The notes: generated by a model from the letters alone, not told the origin. DNA of 64,000 bases from Phototrophicaceae bacterium (GCA_965208195.1 CBDBOC010000003.1:794050-858049), one strand, 5' to 3'; positions 47,029-57,037 are shown, numbered from the stretch's first letter. Translations and numbers: made by a program.

Positions 47029-47382
47029 AGGTCATTCCTCGGTCGGGCTGCTTGACGTTCTGGTCGACACGCCCTTCATTGTATGGAGTCGCTGATATCA
47101 AGTATAGGGCAACTGACCGGCTGGAGCGCGAAGTTTACACGGCGTTTACGTGGCGCGTGATCAGCACTTCGGCAGGCAGAAGTCTGCACACGCTTGCCAT
47201 CGAGCGCACCGAGTTCGGTGAGTGCGCAAAGTGGGCGTTTCACTGAATTGACCCTACATTGATCTGTGGCGGGGCGGGCGACCTGAACCGTCGCCCCTGC
47301 ATTGACCCGCGGTGCGGCGGGCCTGTTGTCCTCGTCGGCTTGGGTGCGGACATGCCCTACAGACGGCTCGCTGGGGGCGCGT

Positions 47383-47388
47383 TATAAT
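47383..47388 (+). promoter_or_regulatory. TATAAT -10 box placed for a leaderless holB transcript
   Basis: TATAAT ends 6 nt before the ATG at 47395, and no Shine-Dalgarno sequence lies between them. Confidence 0.3.
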
Positions 47389-47394
47389 CCGCGC

Positions 47395-48414
47395 ATGGAC
47401 GCTGCGAATATGAAGGACAACAGTTGGGGCGTCATCGGCCACGACTGGGCGGTGAACTTCTTGCGGCGCAGCTTGGCTAATGGGCGGCAGCGCCACGCTT
47501 ATCTGATTACCGGCGCGGCGTCGCTGGGCAAGATGACGCTGGCGCTCGCTTACGCCCGGGCCCTCAACTGCGAGCGCGACGAAGCGGGCGCGCGGCCCTG
47601 TGGCGAATGCCGCGCTTGCGTCGCCATCAGCCGCGGGGGCGACCCCGACTTGATCATCGCGCGGACGGATGAGGGGGCGCCGCTCAAGATCGACGCCATC
47701 CGCGAGGTATCGCGCCGGCTGGCGCTGCAGCCCTACGCCGCCCGTTATCGCATCGCCATTTTGCCCGACTTTGACCTGGTCGCGCCGTTGGCGCAAGACG
47801 CCTTGCTCAAGACCCTTGAGGAGCCGGCGGCCTACGCAGTGCTGATCCTGCTGGCGAGCGCGGGCGAGGCGGTGCTGCCCACCATACGCAGCCGTTCTCA
47901 GCTGATCCCCCTGCGGCCGGCGCCGATTGCGCTCATCGCGGCGGAGCTGGTCAGGCGCGGCTGTGAGGCGGAGCGCGCCGATCTCATCGCGCGGCTTAGC
48001 AGCGGCCGGCTGGGCTGGGCATTGGCCGCTCACGAGGACGAGGCAGCGTTGGCCTTCCGCAGCGAAACGCTGGACAGCCTGCGCGACATTGTGGGAGGCT
48101 CATCGCTGGGGCGGCTGCGGGCGACGGAGGCGCTGAGCAAGCGCATCGGCCGCGACAAGCTGCTGCTGCGCGCCATCCTCGAGACTTGGCAGAGCTATTG
48201 GCGCGATGTGCTCTTGCAATGCTGCGGCAGCCCGGTCAAGCCCTGCCACAGCGACCGACATGCCGAGATTGGCGCGCTGGCCGGGCGCATTGAAGCCGGC
48301 GATGCGCTGTTCGCCTTGCAGGCCACGCGGCGCGCGCTCGATAGCGCCGGCACCAACGCCAATATCCGGCTGATGCTGGATGCGCTGGTGCTGGATTATC
48401 CCGGCGTGGATTGA
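47395..48414 (+). CDS. holB: DNA polymerase III delta-prime subunit
   Basis: Motifs HAYLITGAASLGKMTLA and the zinc module CGECRACVAI, with a clamp-loader AAA+ layout. Confidence 0.8.
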   Translation: MDAANMKDNSWGVIGHDWAVNFLRRSLANGRQRHAYLITGAASLGKMTLALAYARALNCERDEAGARPCGECRACVAISRGGDPDLIIARTDEGAPLKIDAIREVSRRLALQPYAARYRIAILPDFDLVAPLAQDALLKTLEEPAAYAVLILLASAGEAVLPTIRSRSQLIPLRPAPIALIAAELVRRGCEAERADLIARLSSGRLGWALAAHEDEAALAFRSETLDSLRDIVGGSSLGRLRATEALSKRIGRDKLLLRAILETWQSYWRDVLLQCCGSPVKPCHSDRHAEIGALAGRIEAGDALFALQATRRALDSAGTNANIRLMLDALVLDYPGVD

Positions 48415-48420
48415 GCTGCG

Positions 48421-49458
48421 TTACTCGATGGGCACCCAGTTATCGGGTTTGCGGGCCGCTTCCAGCACGGCGTCGGGCACGAGGATGATCTTGCCGAAGA
48501 CGGGCTGGCGCTCCAGCTGGCGGTGTGCCTGACGCGCCTGGCTCAGCGGCAGCACGGCGTGAATCAGCGGCTGATAGCGCCCCTTGATCAAGCCGGCAAG
48601 AATCGTCTCCATGTCCTTGGGCTTGAGCCCGCCACAGGCGCCGAGCAAGCTGAGGTTGCGTTGGTACAGTTCCAGCGTGTTGAGTTTGGACGCCGGCTTG
48701 AAAACGGGCGCGGCGATGACCAGGCGGCCGCCGTTCGCGAGCATCGCCAGCGAATCGGCCAGATCGAGCGATTCCTGGCCATGCAGAATCAGGCTGGCGC
48801 CGGCCTCGTCGGTGGCGACCTTTACCTGGCGCACCAGATCTGCGGCGGCATCATCCAGCACAATATCGGCGCCGAGCTCGCGCAGCTGGGCGGCGTACTG
48901 CGCCCGGCCGATGGCGATGACTTTGGCGCCGCGGGCGGCCCCAATCTGCAGAGCGGCGCTGCCGATGCTTTGGTCCGCGCCGCGCACGACGAGTGTATCG
49001 GCTTTCTTCAGTTTGCCCTGCGCAATCAGGGCCAGGTAGGCTTGAGCGAAGGAAGCGCCAGCCGCTGCAGCCGCTTGATAGGGCAGGTCGTCGGGCAGCT
49101 TGACCAACTCGTCCGCAGGCAGGGCGCAATACTCGGCGTAAGCGCCGTCGATCGCGCTGCCCAGTTGCTCGAAGCAGGCGCAAACGCGATCGCCCGGCTG
49201 CCAGCCGGCGACATCAGCGCCGAGCTCGACGATTTCGCCGGCCAGATCAGCGCCGAGGATATGCGGCATGGGCTTGCGCAGGACCAGGCGGCCGCGGCGA
49301 TAGAGCAGGTCGGACGGGTTGATCGAAGCGGCGTGGACTTTGACCAGCGCTTGGCCCGGGCCGGGCGTGGGGCGAGCCAGCCGCACAGTTTTGAGCACGC
49401 GCGGTCGGCCGATATTTACCATGATGACGGCGCGCATCAGCTCGCCCTTGCTCGTCAT
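48421..49458 (-). CDS. NADPH:quinone oxidoreductase / zinc-type alcohol dehydrogenase-like (MDR family)
   Basis: 345 aa with GroES-like N-terminal and Rossmann C-terminal parts (MRAVIM..., HAASINPSDL). An alternative ATG lies at 49437. Confidence 0.85.
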   Translation of the reverse strand: MTSKGELMRAVIMVNIGRPRVLKTVRLARPTPGPGQALVKVHAASINPSDLLYRRGRLVLRKPMPHILGADLAGEIVELGADVAGWQPGDRVCACFEQLGSAIDGAYAEYCALPADELVKLPDDLPYQAAAAAGASFAQAYLALIAQGKLKKADTLVVRGADQSIGSAALQIGAARGAKVIAIGRAQYAAQLRELGADIVLDDAAADLVRQVKVATDEAGASLILHGQESLDLADSLAMLANGGRLVIAAPVFKPASKLNTLELYQRNLSLLGACGGLKPKDMETILAGLIKGRYQPLIHAVLPLSQARQAHRQLERQPVFGKIILVPDAVLEAARKPDNWVPIE

Positions 49459-49527
49459 AGTCGGTCCTCGTCCGTTTCTGCTGAAGCCTGCCGTAGTCTA
49501 GCTTCTGCGTACTTGCCTGTAAACGCC

Positions 49528-49800
49528 TTAAGCGTTGGCGAAGCGCCTGGCATTGCGGGCGCGCGCTTTGGCGATTTCAGCGGCGCGATCCCGCGGTGGC
49601 GCGCTGGTTTCCAAGGTATCCAGCAACGCAGCGGTGGCGCGGGCGATATCGCTGACGGTACGCTCGAAGGCGGCCTGGTTGGCCTGCGATGGCTTGCGAT
49701 AGCCGCTGATCTTGCGCACATACTGCAGCGCGGCCGCTTCGATATCGGCGTCTGTGCTGGGCGGGTCGTAGTTGAATAGCGTGCGGATATTGCGGCACAT
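49528..49800 (-). CDS. DUF2277-family small protein
   Basis: 90 aa. The N-terminus MCRNIRTLFNYDPP matches my memory of DUF2277. Confidence 0.65.
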   Translation of the reverse strand: MCRNIRTLFNYDPPSTDADIEAAALQYVRKISGYRKPSQANQAAFERTVSDIARATAALLDTLETSAPPRDRAAEIAKARARNARRFANA

Positions 49801-49855
49801 GGCTGGCCCCCGTTTTGCGGACTGGCGAGCGCCTATCGTACCACGCGGACGCGGC

Positions 49856-50737
49856 TCAGTCGCGATGCAGCTCGGGCGTCAGGTCGCGGTAATCCGCCAG
49901 CGTGTACTCGCACAGGTCATCCAACTGACAGAAGGCGGCCAGCAATTCGGCGCTATCGGCGGCATCGGGATGCGTCGCACGCTTCCAGACGAGATAGGGA
50001 TGCAGGCGCAGGCGGGCGCAGCGAAATTCGTCGATGACGAGTTGGGCGGTGACGCCGCCGCGCTCGGCGAAGCGTTGCGCCGCAAAAGCCTCAAAATTGG
50101 CCGCATTGGAGAAGGGTACGCGCCGATGCGCCAACAGCTCCCAACCGGATTCAGCGCCATCGATGATGAAATAGCTGGCGCTGATCTCGCCGTCGAGCGG
50201 GATGCCGACCGAGCCGGGGTTGAAGATCTGCCAGCGGTCGACGCGGCGCTCGAGCGCGATGTGGCTGTGGGCGCAGACGACGGTCGCTTCGTCGACATCG
50301 GCCAGCCAGGCGCTGATCTGATCGGCGGGCGTGGCGGGATAGATGGCGCGGAAGGGGTCGCCGGGGATGCCGTGCACGACGCGCAAGGCAGGCGCATCGG
50401 GGAAGCGCAGGCAGAGCTCATCGGGCAGGCAGGCGATGGCGCCCAGCCACTCGGCGCCAAGTTGATCGCGCAAGATCGGCGGCAGGGTGAAGCGAGCCCA
50501 GTGCGGCGGCATGCGCGGCGTCTCAAAGTCGAGCGCGTAGAGCTCGTTGTTGCCGCGGATGACGGCCCAGCGGCGCGCGCTGATGAGCTGCATCACCTCG
50601 CGGGAGAAGGGTCCCCAGTTGACGCTGTCGCCGGCAACGATCACGTGGTCGACGGCGAATTGCGTCGTATCGGCGATGACGGCTTGCAGGGCGGGCAGGT
50701 TGCCGTGGATATCGGCGAGAATGGCCAGGCGGGTCAT
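49856..50737 (-). CDS. metallophosphoesterase (calcineurin-like)
   Basis: Start MTRLAILADIHGN follows AAGGAGG. The motifs DIHGN, AGDSVN and IRGNNE are present. Confidence 0.8.
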   Translation of the reverse strand: MTRLAILADIHGNLPALQAVIADTTQFAVDHVIVAGDSVNWGPFSREVMQLISARRWAVIRGNNELYALDFETPRMPPHWARFTLPPILRDQLGAEWLGAIACLPDELCLRFPDAPALRVVHGIPGDPFRAIYPATPADQISAWLADVDEATVVCAHSHIALERRVDRWQIFNPGSVGIPLDGEISASYFIIDGAESGWELLAHRRVPFSNAANFEAFAAQRFAERGGVTAQLVIDEFRCARLRLHPYLVWKRATHPDAADSAELLAAFCQLDDLCEYTLADYRDLTPELHRD

Positions 50738-50821
50738 GGCGGCGCCTCCTTGTACGAGACGTGATACAAGCGTGGGCGGCATTTTCACCACCGCGGCAGG
50801 CAAGTTGCGATCTGGCGGAAT

Positions 50822-50950
50822 ATCCGCACCTTAACCACCGAGTGCACCGAGGGAAAATGAGTACACCGAGAGGGCGAGCCAAGACCGCTCTCGCTTACGT
50901 TGCGGGCCAAAGCCCGTCTGTGCGTGCGAGCCTGTGGATCGCTCCCGCAG
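50822..50950 (+). repeat. ~130-bp composite dispersed repeat (second full copy)
   Basis: atccgcaccttaaccaccgagtgcaccgagggaaaatgagtacaccgagagggcgagccaag...ttacgttgcgggccaaag...gtgcgtgcgagcc aligns with 21131-21260. Confidence 0.7.
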
Positions 50951-50974
50951 ACTCCGAATGTGGCGGCTGCGGCG

Positions 50975-52819
50975 CTAGGCGGCTTCCACCGTCAACGTGC
51001 CGAGGGGCAGGCGCGCATCGACGAAGGGCGTGCCCACCGCGTCGCTTACCGGCAAGCGCTCCAGATTATCCTGCGCGTACAAGCCGGTGTACACTTCGTA
51101 GCGGCCCGGCGCCAGATCAGCCGGCAGCGGCACTGCCCAAGTTTCGCTATCGGCCAAGCCGCTATACCAGAGGCGCGTCGGCAAGCGGGCGCCCAGCGGT
51201 GCTTGATCGAAGCCCCAGTAAGCATCGGTCTCGGCATGACGCAGGTGCAGAAACTGGCCGAAGTCCTGGTCGCCCTCGCTATCGCTGTGCCAGGTGAAAG
51301 TGATTTCCAGGTTGCGGCCGGCGCTGACGTTCGCGGGCATGTCGACAGCTTGCAGGCGGAAGCCGTCGGCGAAGGTGGCCAGCGGGTCGTCCGTGGCGGC
51401 AGTCGGCGGCGCCCGCAGCGCGAACTCGCTTAGCACCACCTGCGTGTCGCTGAGCAGCCGGCGGTCGCTGCTTTCGATGCGCTGGCGCGTGAATTGATCG
51501 CCGTCTTGCCTCCAGGAGGTCAGCACCAGCCAGAGGGCGCGGTTGCGGGGCGCGTCGGGCGGGATGTCAATTTCGAGCGCTTGACTGTAGATGAATTGGA
51601 AATCCAGGACCTTGCGATAAGGCGACGCATCCAGGCGGCGGGCCGAGGCATCGACGCCGGCGATCGACGAGCCGCTGGCTTGATCGACCAGATGCAGGGA
51701 GAAGCCCAATTCTCTGAACAAGTACCAATAGTGTGACTCAGCAAAGAAGCTGACCGCCACCGTGTTGGCGTTTTGCTCAACGCGCCAGGCCGGCAGCTCA
51801 ATGCCCGACTCATAGACGACCGCGGCCGGCTCGGTGAAGAAGAGGTACTCAATGTACCTGAGGTGGCGCGGCAGGAAATTCACTGCGAGCCAAAGCGTAA
51901 AGAGCACGCCGATAATCTGCCGCAGTCGCCGGCTCTGACCTGGCGCGCGGCCCGCCGGCAAGTCTGCAAGGGCGACGAGCGCCAGCCAGAATGTCAGCAC
52001 TTCGACAATTTGAAATTCGACGCGCGTCGGGATCAGCATCAGCCAGGCCAGGGGCGCCAGGTAGAGCAGCCAGCGGAGCGCGCGACCCGGCCGCGGCGCC
52101 ACCGCCGTGAGCTGACCCAGCACGGCGACCAGCACAAGCCACATGCCCAGAAACTCCATGGCTTCTTCGACGACGTAGACCTTGCATTCATTGGAATAGA
52201 GCGGGCCCAATAGGGGGCAGATTTCGGCGAAGCGCAACTGCTCCAGCGCCAGGGCGCCGCCCGCGCCAATGGCCAAACCGAAGAGCAGGCAGAGATGCCA
52301 CTTTAACGCCGGCCGTGGCGAAGCGCGGGCGACCAGCAGCGTCACCGCCACCACGATGGCGCCAAGCAAGGCGTAGACGATTTCCCAAGGCAAGACGCCA
52401 AAGGGCGTCGCCATGAGTTTGTTGTGATCGTGAAACAAGAAGTATTCGTCGTAGGCCAGGAAAAGGAAGAGTGCGGCCATGGCTAGCAGATAAAGGCGAT
52501 ACCAATGAGGCCGCACCCGGGCGCATACCGCCGCGAACAGGGCGACTGCAGCCACGAGAAACAGCTGGGCCGACGCCACTGCGGAGGGAATAACCCTTTC
52601 GCTATCGATTGACCAAATCCTTCCGCCGCCCGGGTCGATGGTCGGGGGTTTGTCCACTTCCGGCGCGCGCAGAAGCAGCAACATCTGCGCCACTAGAAAG
52701 ACCATCGCCAGGCGCCTTGCTGTCGGTGACAGGCGGGGGAAGAGCCGCCACACGACAAACGCGCAAACAGGCGAGTACAACAGAATGAGAGTGGTGACGG
52801 CCAATTCGGTGGTGGTCAT
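50975..52819 (-). CDS. polytopic membrane protein with C-terminal extracytoplasmic domain (unknown function, downstream of galE)
   Basis: 614 aa with about 10 N-terminal TM segments. The soluble C-terminal ~280 aa ends in RLWYSGL...GRYEVYTGLY, a tail I associate with GT-C-like envelope proteins. Confidence 0.65.
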   Translation of the reverse strand: MTTTELAVTTLILLYSPVCAFVVWRLFPRLSPTARRLAMVFLVAQMLLLLRAPEVDKPPTIDPGGGRIWSIDSERVIPSAVASAQLFLVAAVALFAAVCARVRPHWYRLYLLAMAALFLFLAYDEYFLFHDHNKLMATPFGVLPWEIVYALLGAIVVAVTLLVARASPRPALKWHLCLLFGLAIGAGGALALEQLRFAEICPLLGPLYSNECKVYVVEEAMEFLGMWLVLVAVLGQLTAVAPRPGRALRWLLYLAPLAWLMLIPTRVEFQIVEVLTFWLALVALADLPAGRAPGQSRRLRQIIGVLFTLWLAVNFLPRHLRYIEYLFFTEPAAVVYESGIELPAWRVEQNANTVAVSFFAESHYWYLFRELGFSLHLVDQASGSSIAGVDASARRLDASPYRKVLDFQFIYSQALEIDIPPDAPRNRALWLVLTSWRQDGDQFTRQRIESSDRRLLSDTQVVLSEFALRAPPTAATDDPLATFADGFRLQAVDMPANVSAGRNLEITFTWHSDSEGDQDFGQFLHLRHAETDAYWGFDQAPLGARLPTRLWYSGLADSETWAVPLPADLAPGRYEVYTGLYAQDNLERLPVSDAVGTPFVDARLPLGTLTVEAA

Positions 52820-52834
52820 GGGCGGTTGCGTGTT

Positions 52835-53821
52835 TCAGGCGTTGTAGCCGTGGGGATGGCGGCGCTGCCAATTCCAGGCGGTGCGGATGATGCTTTCGAG
52901 GTCGTTGTAATGTGTCTCCCAGCCGAGTTCGCGGCCGATCTGGTCGCTATCGGCCACCAGAACGGGCAGATCGCCGGGCCGGCGGGGCGCGGCGCGCGTT
53001 GGGATAAGGCGCCCGGTGACAGCTCGCGCGGCCTTGATGACCTCCAGCACCGAGTAACCGCTGCCGCTGCCCAGGTTGTAGACGCGGCTGTGCCCGTCCT
53101 CCAGCGCTTCGAGCGCCAAGATATGCGCCCGCGCCAGATCGAGCACGTGAACATAATCGCGGATGCATGTGCCATCGGGCGTGTCGTAATCCGTCCCGTA
53201 GATGTCGATGACGTCGCGCTGGCCCAAGGCCACGCCCAGCACCAGCGGGATCAGGTGCGATTCGGGATCGTGGGCTTCGCCGATGTGGCCGTCTGGGTGG
53301 GCGCCGCAAGCGTTGAAGTAACGCAGGCTACAGTATTTCATGCCATAGAGGCGGTCCATCCAGCCCAGCAAACGCTCGGCCATGTACTTGGTCTCGCCGT
53401 AGACGCTGCCGGGAATCAGCGTTTCATTCTCGTCGATGGGGATGCGCTTTGGCTGGTCATAGAGGTTGGCGGTGGACGAGAGGATGAAGCGCCTGACCCC
53501 GTGCTGGCTGGCGCATTCCAGCAGGTTGATCAGCGTATACAGGTTGTCGCGCAAGTATTTGAAGGGCCGCTGCATACTTTCGCCGACCAGGATCAGCGAA
53601 GCGAAGTGCAAGATGCCAGCGAAGTCGTGCGCGGCGAAGACCTCCGTCAGCGCCTCGCGGTCGTGCAGGTCGCCAACGACCAGCGTCGCGTCGGGGTGCA
53701 CCGCCGCGCGATTGCCCGTGCTCAAATTGTCGAAGACCACAACGTGGTAGCCGCGCTCCATCAGCATTTGCACGACGTGGCTGCCGATGTAGCCCGCGCC
53801 GCCGGTGACCAAAACCTTCAT
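52835..53821 (-). CDS. galE: UDP-glucose 4-epimerase
   Basis: Motifs [15 protein letters not shown] and the YxxxK element YGETKYMAE, with full-length GalE-like sequence. Confidence 0.92.
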   Translation of the reverse strand: MKVLVTGGAGYIGSHVVQMLMERGYHVVVFDNLSTGNRAAVHPDATLVVGDLHDREALTEVFAAHDFAGILHFASLILVGESMQRPFKYLRDNLYTLINLLECASQHGVRRFILSSTANLYDQPKRIPIDENETLIPGSVYGETKYMAERLLGWMDRLYGMKYCSLRYFNACGAHPDGHIGEAHDPESHLIPLVLGVALGQRDVIDIYGTDYDTPDGTCIRDYVHVLDLARAHILALEALEDGHSRVYNLGSGSGYSVLEVIKAARAVTGRLIPTRAAPRRPGDLPVLVADSDQIGRELGWETHYNDLESIIRTAWNWQRRHPHGYNA

Positions 53822-53947
53822 CGCCAGTCCCCCTCGCGCTTAGATTATAGCCCGTTCGCTATGGCGGTCAATCGGCGGGGTGGCCGGCGCAGCTTACAAA
53901 AGGGCACGGCAAACATATAATGAGGTTGGGCGAGAGCAGATAAACGC

Positions 53948-54133
53948 GTGGATATGAGGGACGAGACTAAGCGACGGACGATGGCGGACGAGCGAGCGGG
54001 GGGCGCGCGCTGGTCGGCGGCGGAGCGAGCGGCGCTGCGCAAGCTGCTGCGCATGGCGCTGATTATGCTGCTGGCGATTGTGGTGGCGGGCGCCGTGGCC
54101 GCGCTGCTGAGCTCGGCGCTGGGCACGCTGTAA
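53948..54133 (+). CDS. small tail-anchored membrane protein (61 aa)
   Basis: GTG start, a basic N-terminal half and a single C-terminal TM (LIMLLAIVVAGAVAALLSSALG). It shows a strong G/C third-position bias. Confidence 0.4.
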   Translation: MDMRDETKRRTMADERAGGARWSAAERAALRKLLRMALIMLLAIVVAGAVAALLSSALGTL

Positions 54134-54197
54134 TCGGCACTGCGAGATTGGACGCGGAATCCGCGGTATAATGGGGCGAGGGCTGAGGAGATTGACC

Positions 54198-54455
54198 ATG
54201 ATTAAATCGCCAGTGAGAGATGTATTTGCCGTCATCACAGACTTTCTTGCGGCAGACCCGAGCGATGAAGAACTGCTCGCCTATAAGCTGCCGGACGATT
54301 TGCAAGAACGCGTGAGCCATTTGCTGGTCCTCAACCGGGAATCCGAGTTGACCTGTGAACAGCGGCATGAGTTGGATGACTACATGCGCGCCAACCGCAT
54401 GATTACGACACTGAAAATCAGAACCGAGCTGCGGATGCGGGGCCTGAAAGCGTGA
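54198..54455 (+). CDS. small helical protein (85 aa) translationally coupled to the HNH endonuclease
   Basis: ATG at 54198 lies 7 nt after GAGGAG. The stop overlaps the HNH GTG start (GTGA). I recognise no family. Confidence 0.55.
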   Translation: MIKSPVRDVFAVITDFLAADPSDEELLAYKLPDDLQERVSHLLVLNRESELTCEQRHELDDYMRANRMITTLKIRTELRMRGLKA

Positions 54456-54874
54456 CGGTCTCCGCGCAACAACGTCGAATTGTATTTCAGCGGGCTGGAA
54501 ACTGCTGCGAATACTGCCGCGTTGGCGAAGGCAGAGAACCTGTCGCATTTCAAATCGATCACATTATCCCTCTAAAGCACGGCGGCGAAGATCTGCTTGA
54601 TAATCTCTGTCTATCTTGTGGCGAATGCAATCGTTACAAAGGCCCTGAAGTCGCCGCGATAGACCCACTGACAGGCGAGGCGACCAGGCTCTTCAATCCG
54701 CGGCAGCAAGTATGGGGCGAGCACTTTCAAGTAAATGAGGACGCATCGCTTTCTGGACAGTCGCCGGAAGGTCGGGCGACGGTGGTGGCACTGCGGCTGA
54801 ACGCGGCGCCCCGCGTCGAGCAGCGCTATGGCGAGCGGCTGCTGGGCAATTACCCGTGCCAGCGCCAGGCTTAA
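54452..54874 (+). CDS. HNH endonuclease
   Basis: 140 aa with the canonical HNH/zinc-ribbon pattern CCEYCRV...QIDHIIPLKHGG...NLCLSCGECNRYKG. Confidence 0.8.
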   Translation: MTVSAQQRRIVFQRAGNCCEYCRVGEGREPVAFQIDHIIPLKHGGEDLLDNLCLSCGECNRYKGPEVAAIDPLTGEATRLFNPRQQVWGEHFQVNEDASLSGQSPEGRATVVALRLNAAPRVEQRYGERLLGNYPCQRQA

Positions 54875-55779
54875 CCCTCATCGCCGCACAGCCCGGGCTG
54901 CGGCTGGACAAATTCGTGCTGGCGCATTTGCCCGACGTCTCACGTACGCAGGTGCAGAGCATGATCCGCGATGGGCATGTGCTGGTGGACGGCGCGAGGC
55001 AGAAAGCCGGTTACAAACTCAAGGGCGGCGATGCGGTGCGCGTTTGCATCCCGCCGCGGGTGGAGACGGCGCCTAAGCCGGAAGCCATCCCGCTGGAAAT
55101 CGTCTACGAAGACGCGCATATCGCCGTCATCGACAAGCCGGCGGGCCTGGTGGTTCAGCCCGGCCATGGCCACGAGACGGGCACGCTGGTCAATGCGCTC
55201 CTGGCGCGCTATCCCGAGCTGGCGGCGATGCAAGATGACCCGGCGACGCGGGAGCGCCTCGGCATCGCGCATCGGCTGGATCGCGGCACGAGCGGTTTGC
55301 TTGCAGCGGCGCGGGACAAGCCGAGCTTGCTGGCGCTGATGGCTCAGTTTCAGGCGCGGACTGTGGACAAAGGCTACCTGGCGCTGTTGGAGCAACGGCC
55401 CGAGAGCAACAGCGGCCTCATTGACGCGCCCATCGCCCGCGATCCGCGGCAGCGTCAACGCATGGCTGTGCGGCGCGGCGGCAAGCCGGCGCAGACCGAA
55501 TTCGAGGTGCTGGACGATGACTTCCAGGGCGGGCGGGCCTTGGTCAAGCTCAAGCTGCTGACCGGGCGGACGCATCAGATTCGCGTGCATCTGGCATTCA
55601 TCGGCTGTCCTGTGGTGGGGGATGCGGTCTATGGGCGCCGGAAGCAGCGCTTGCGGATGAAGCGGCAATTCTTGCACGCGCATGAGCTGGCGTTTGCGCA
55701 TCCGGTGAGTGGGGAGCGGCTGCGCTTTGTGAGCGAGCTGCCTGTGGGGTTGCGTAGCGTGATGGAGAAGCTGCGGTAG
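54856..55779 (+). CDS. rluD: RluA-family 23S rRNA pseudouridine synthase (RluD-like) with S4 domain
   Basis: An S4-like N-terminal part (LDKFVLAHLPDVSRTQVQSMIRDGHVLVDG) and the catalytic motif HRLDRGTSGLL. GTG start. Confidence 0.85.
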   Translation: MPAPGLTLIAAQPGLRLDKFVLAHLPDVSRTQVQSMIRDGHVLVDGARQKAGYKLKGGDAVRVCIPPRVETAPKPEAIPLEIVYEDAHIAVIDKPAGLVVQPGHGHETGTLVNALLARYPELAAMQDDPATRERLGIAHRLDRGTSGLLAAARDKPSLLALMAQFQARTVDKGYLALLEQRPESNSGLIDAPIARDPRQRQRMAVRRGGKPAQTEFEVLDDDFQGGRALVKLKLLTGRTHQIRVHLAFIGCPVVGDAVYGRRKQRLRMKRQFLHAHELAFAHPVSGERLRFVSELPVGLRSVMEKLR

Positions 55780-55782
55780 GGG

Positions 55783-55938
55783 CATTGAACTACAGAGAGC
55801 GCAGGGTGCGCAGAGAGATTTTTCAACCACAAAGGCACAAAGACACAAAGGTCACGAAGGGTTTGATATGGCGTTTCGGGATAGGCTGGTGAAGCCGGGG
55901 TGGGGGATTGAACTACAGAGAACGCAGAGGGCGCGGAG
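55783..55938 (+). repeat. two forward copies of the GATTGAACTACAGAG..CGCAGAG repeat plus a CACAAAG-variant block
   Basis: The copies are at 55783-55817 and 55906-55938. The second copy abuts the stop codon of gene A. Confidence 0.7.
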
Positions 55939-55939
55939 A

Positions 55940-57037
55940 TTACATTTTGGCGTTGCTTAGTACCCGTCGCAGAAGCTTTTCATCATATCTTAGATCATTG
56001 ATGGGGCGCGATTTGTCTGTTAAGGGATCACGCAAGAGCCAGAAAGTCATGCCATTTACATAATAGTTGGCATTTGGATCAACAGTTTTTCGCGCTCTCT
56101 GGCCCGCTTCCTTAGGCGTTAACCATTCCTCGTCGTATAGCACAATGGCTCCAGCGCTATGTAATCTGCCCCATAACGACAGCCTTGCTTCAAGTACATG
56201 TCCCTCGACATCCGCATAAACCGGTATTTCTACACTTCCGTCTAGCGAGTAATTTGCCAAGAACCCTGTTTTGCCTAGACGTGTCGAATCGTCAGGATTC
56301 GGCGTAATCGGCGTCTCTTGCTTCTCTTCGCGAGTTTGAGAGTCCGCTGTTTTGCCTTGAAAGCGAAGAAACGCTTTCCACTCTTGGTTGACCAGACGCG
56401 CCAACTCTGAACGTCGAGATTCTTCAATCACCCCTGGCTGAATGATTTCCAAGAGAAAGTTTACGGTTCTGTGCGAAAGTGGAGCAAACTCGGCTTTCAA
56501 TGCTCGGCGGACACGTTGTCTATCCCTCGCCGACCGCGCAGCCTGAATGGCTCTGTCCTTCTCAAAGCCAGTTTGCGTAAATTGCCGCAATACATCAAGC
56601 GCTGTCTCATCGAGGCGCTGCAAATCTAGCGTAAGGAATGGCTCATCATCCATAACATTTTGAAGTTCGAGATCTGAGAACAGGCGGAATTCGAGACCGT
56701 TTGTAAGTATGCCAAATCTGACATCCAACTTCGTGCTAAAGTAGCGTCTAAGCTGGGCAGCATGTTGGTTATCCAAGTTTGCGCCAGCGTACTTCACTTC
56801 GACCAGAATGACAGGATTGCCATCTTGCTTCAGCGCAAAGTCCACTTTTTCGCGCTGGATGCCGACATCGGCTGTGAATTCCGGCTCGACGTGACTGGGA
56901 TTGTGTACACTGTAGCCGAGAGCCTCAAAGAAGGGCATTACCAAAAACTGACTTGTACTTGCTTCGCTACGTTTGGCCGGCGGCAGTCTCCCTTCAACTT
57001 CATCAGCGAGTTTACGCAGTCTCTTGGTAACTTCCAT
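55940..57037 (-). CDS. HsdR-N-like PD-(D/E)xK domain protein, paralogue A
   Basis: 365 aa, AT-richer. It contains FLVMPFFEALGY, PEFTADVG, KVD66FALKQDGNPVILVE80VK82 and GILTNGLEFR. The C-terminal half is unrelated to paralogue B. Confidence 0.7.
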   Translation of the reverse strand: MEVTKRLRKLADEVEGRLPPAKRSEASTSQFLVMPFFEALGYSVHNPSHVEPEFTADVGIQREKVDFALKQDGNPVILVEVKYAGANLDNQHAAQLRRYFSTKLDVRFGILTNGLEFRLFSDLELQNVMDDEPFLTLDLQRLDETALDVLRQFTQTGFEKDRAIQAARSARDRQRVRRALKAEFAPLSHRTVNFLLEIIQPGVIEESRRSELARLVNQEWKAFLRFQGKTADSQTREEKQETPITPNPDDSTRLGKTGFLANYSLDGSVEIPVYADVEGHVLEARLSLWGRLHSAGAIVLYDEEWLTPKEAGQRARKTVDPNANYYVNGMTFWLLRDPLTDKSRPINDLRYDEKLLRRVLSNAKM

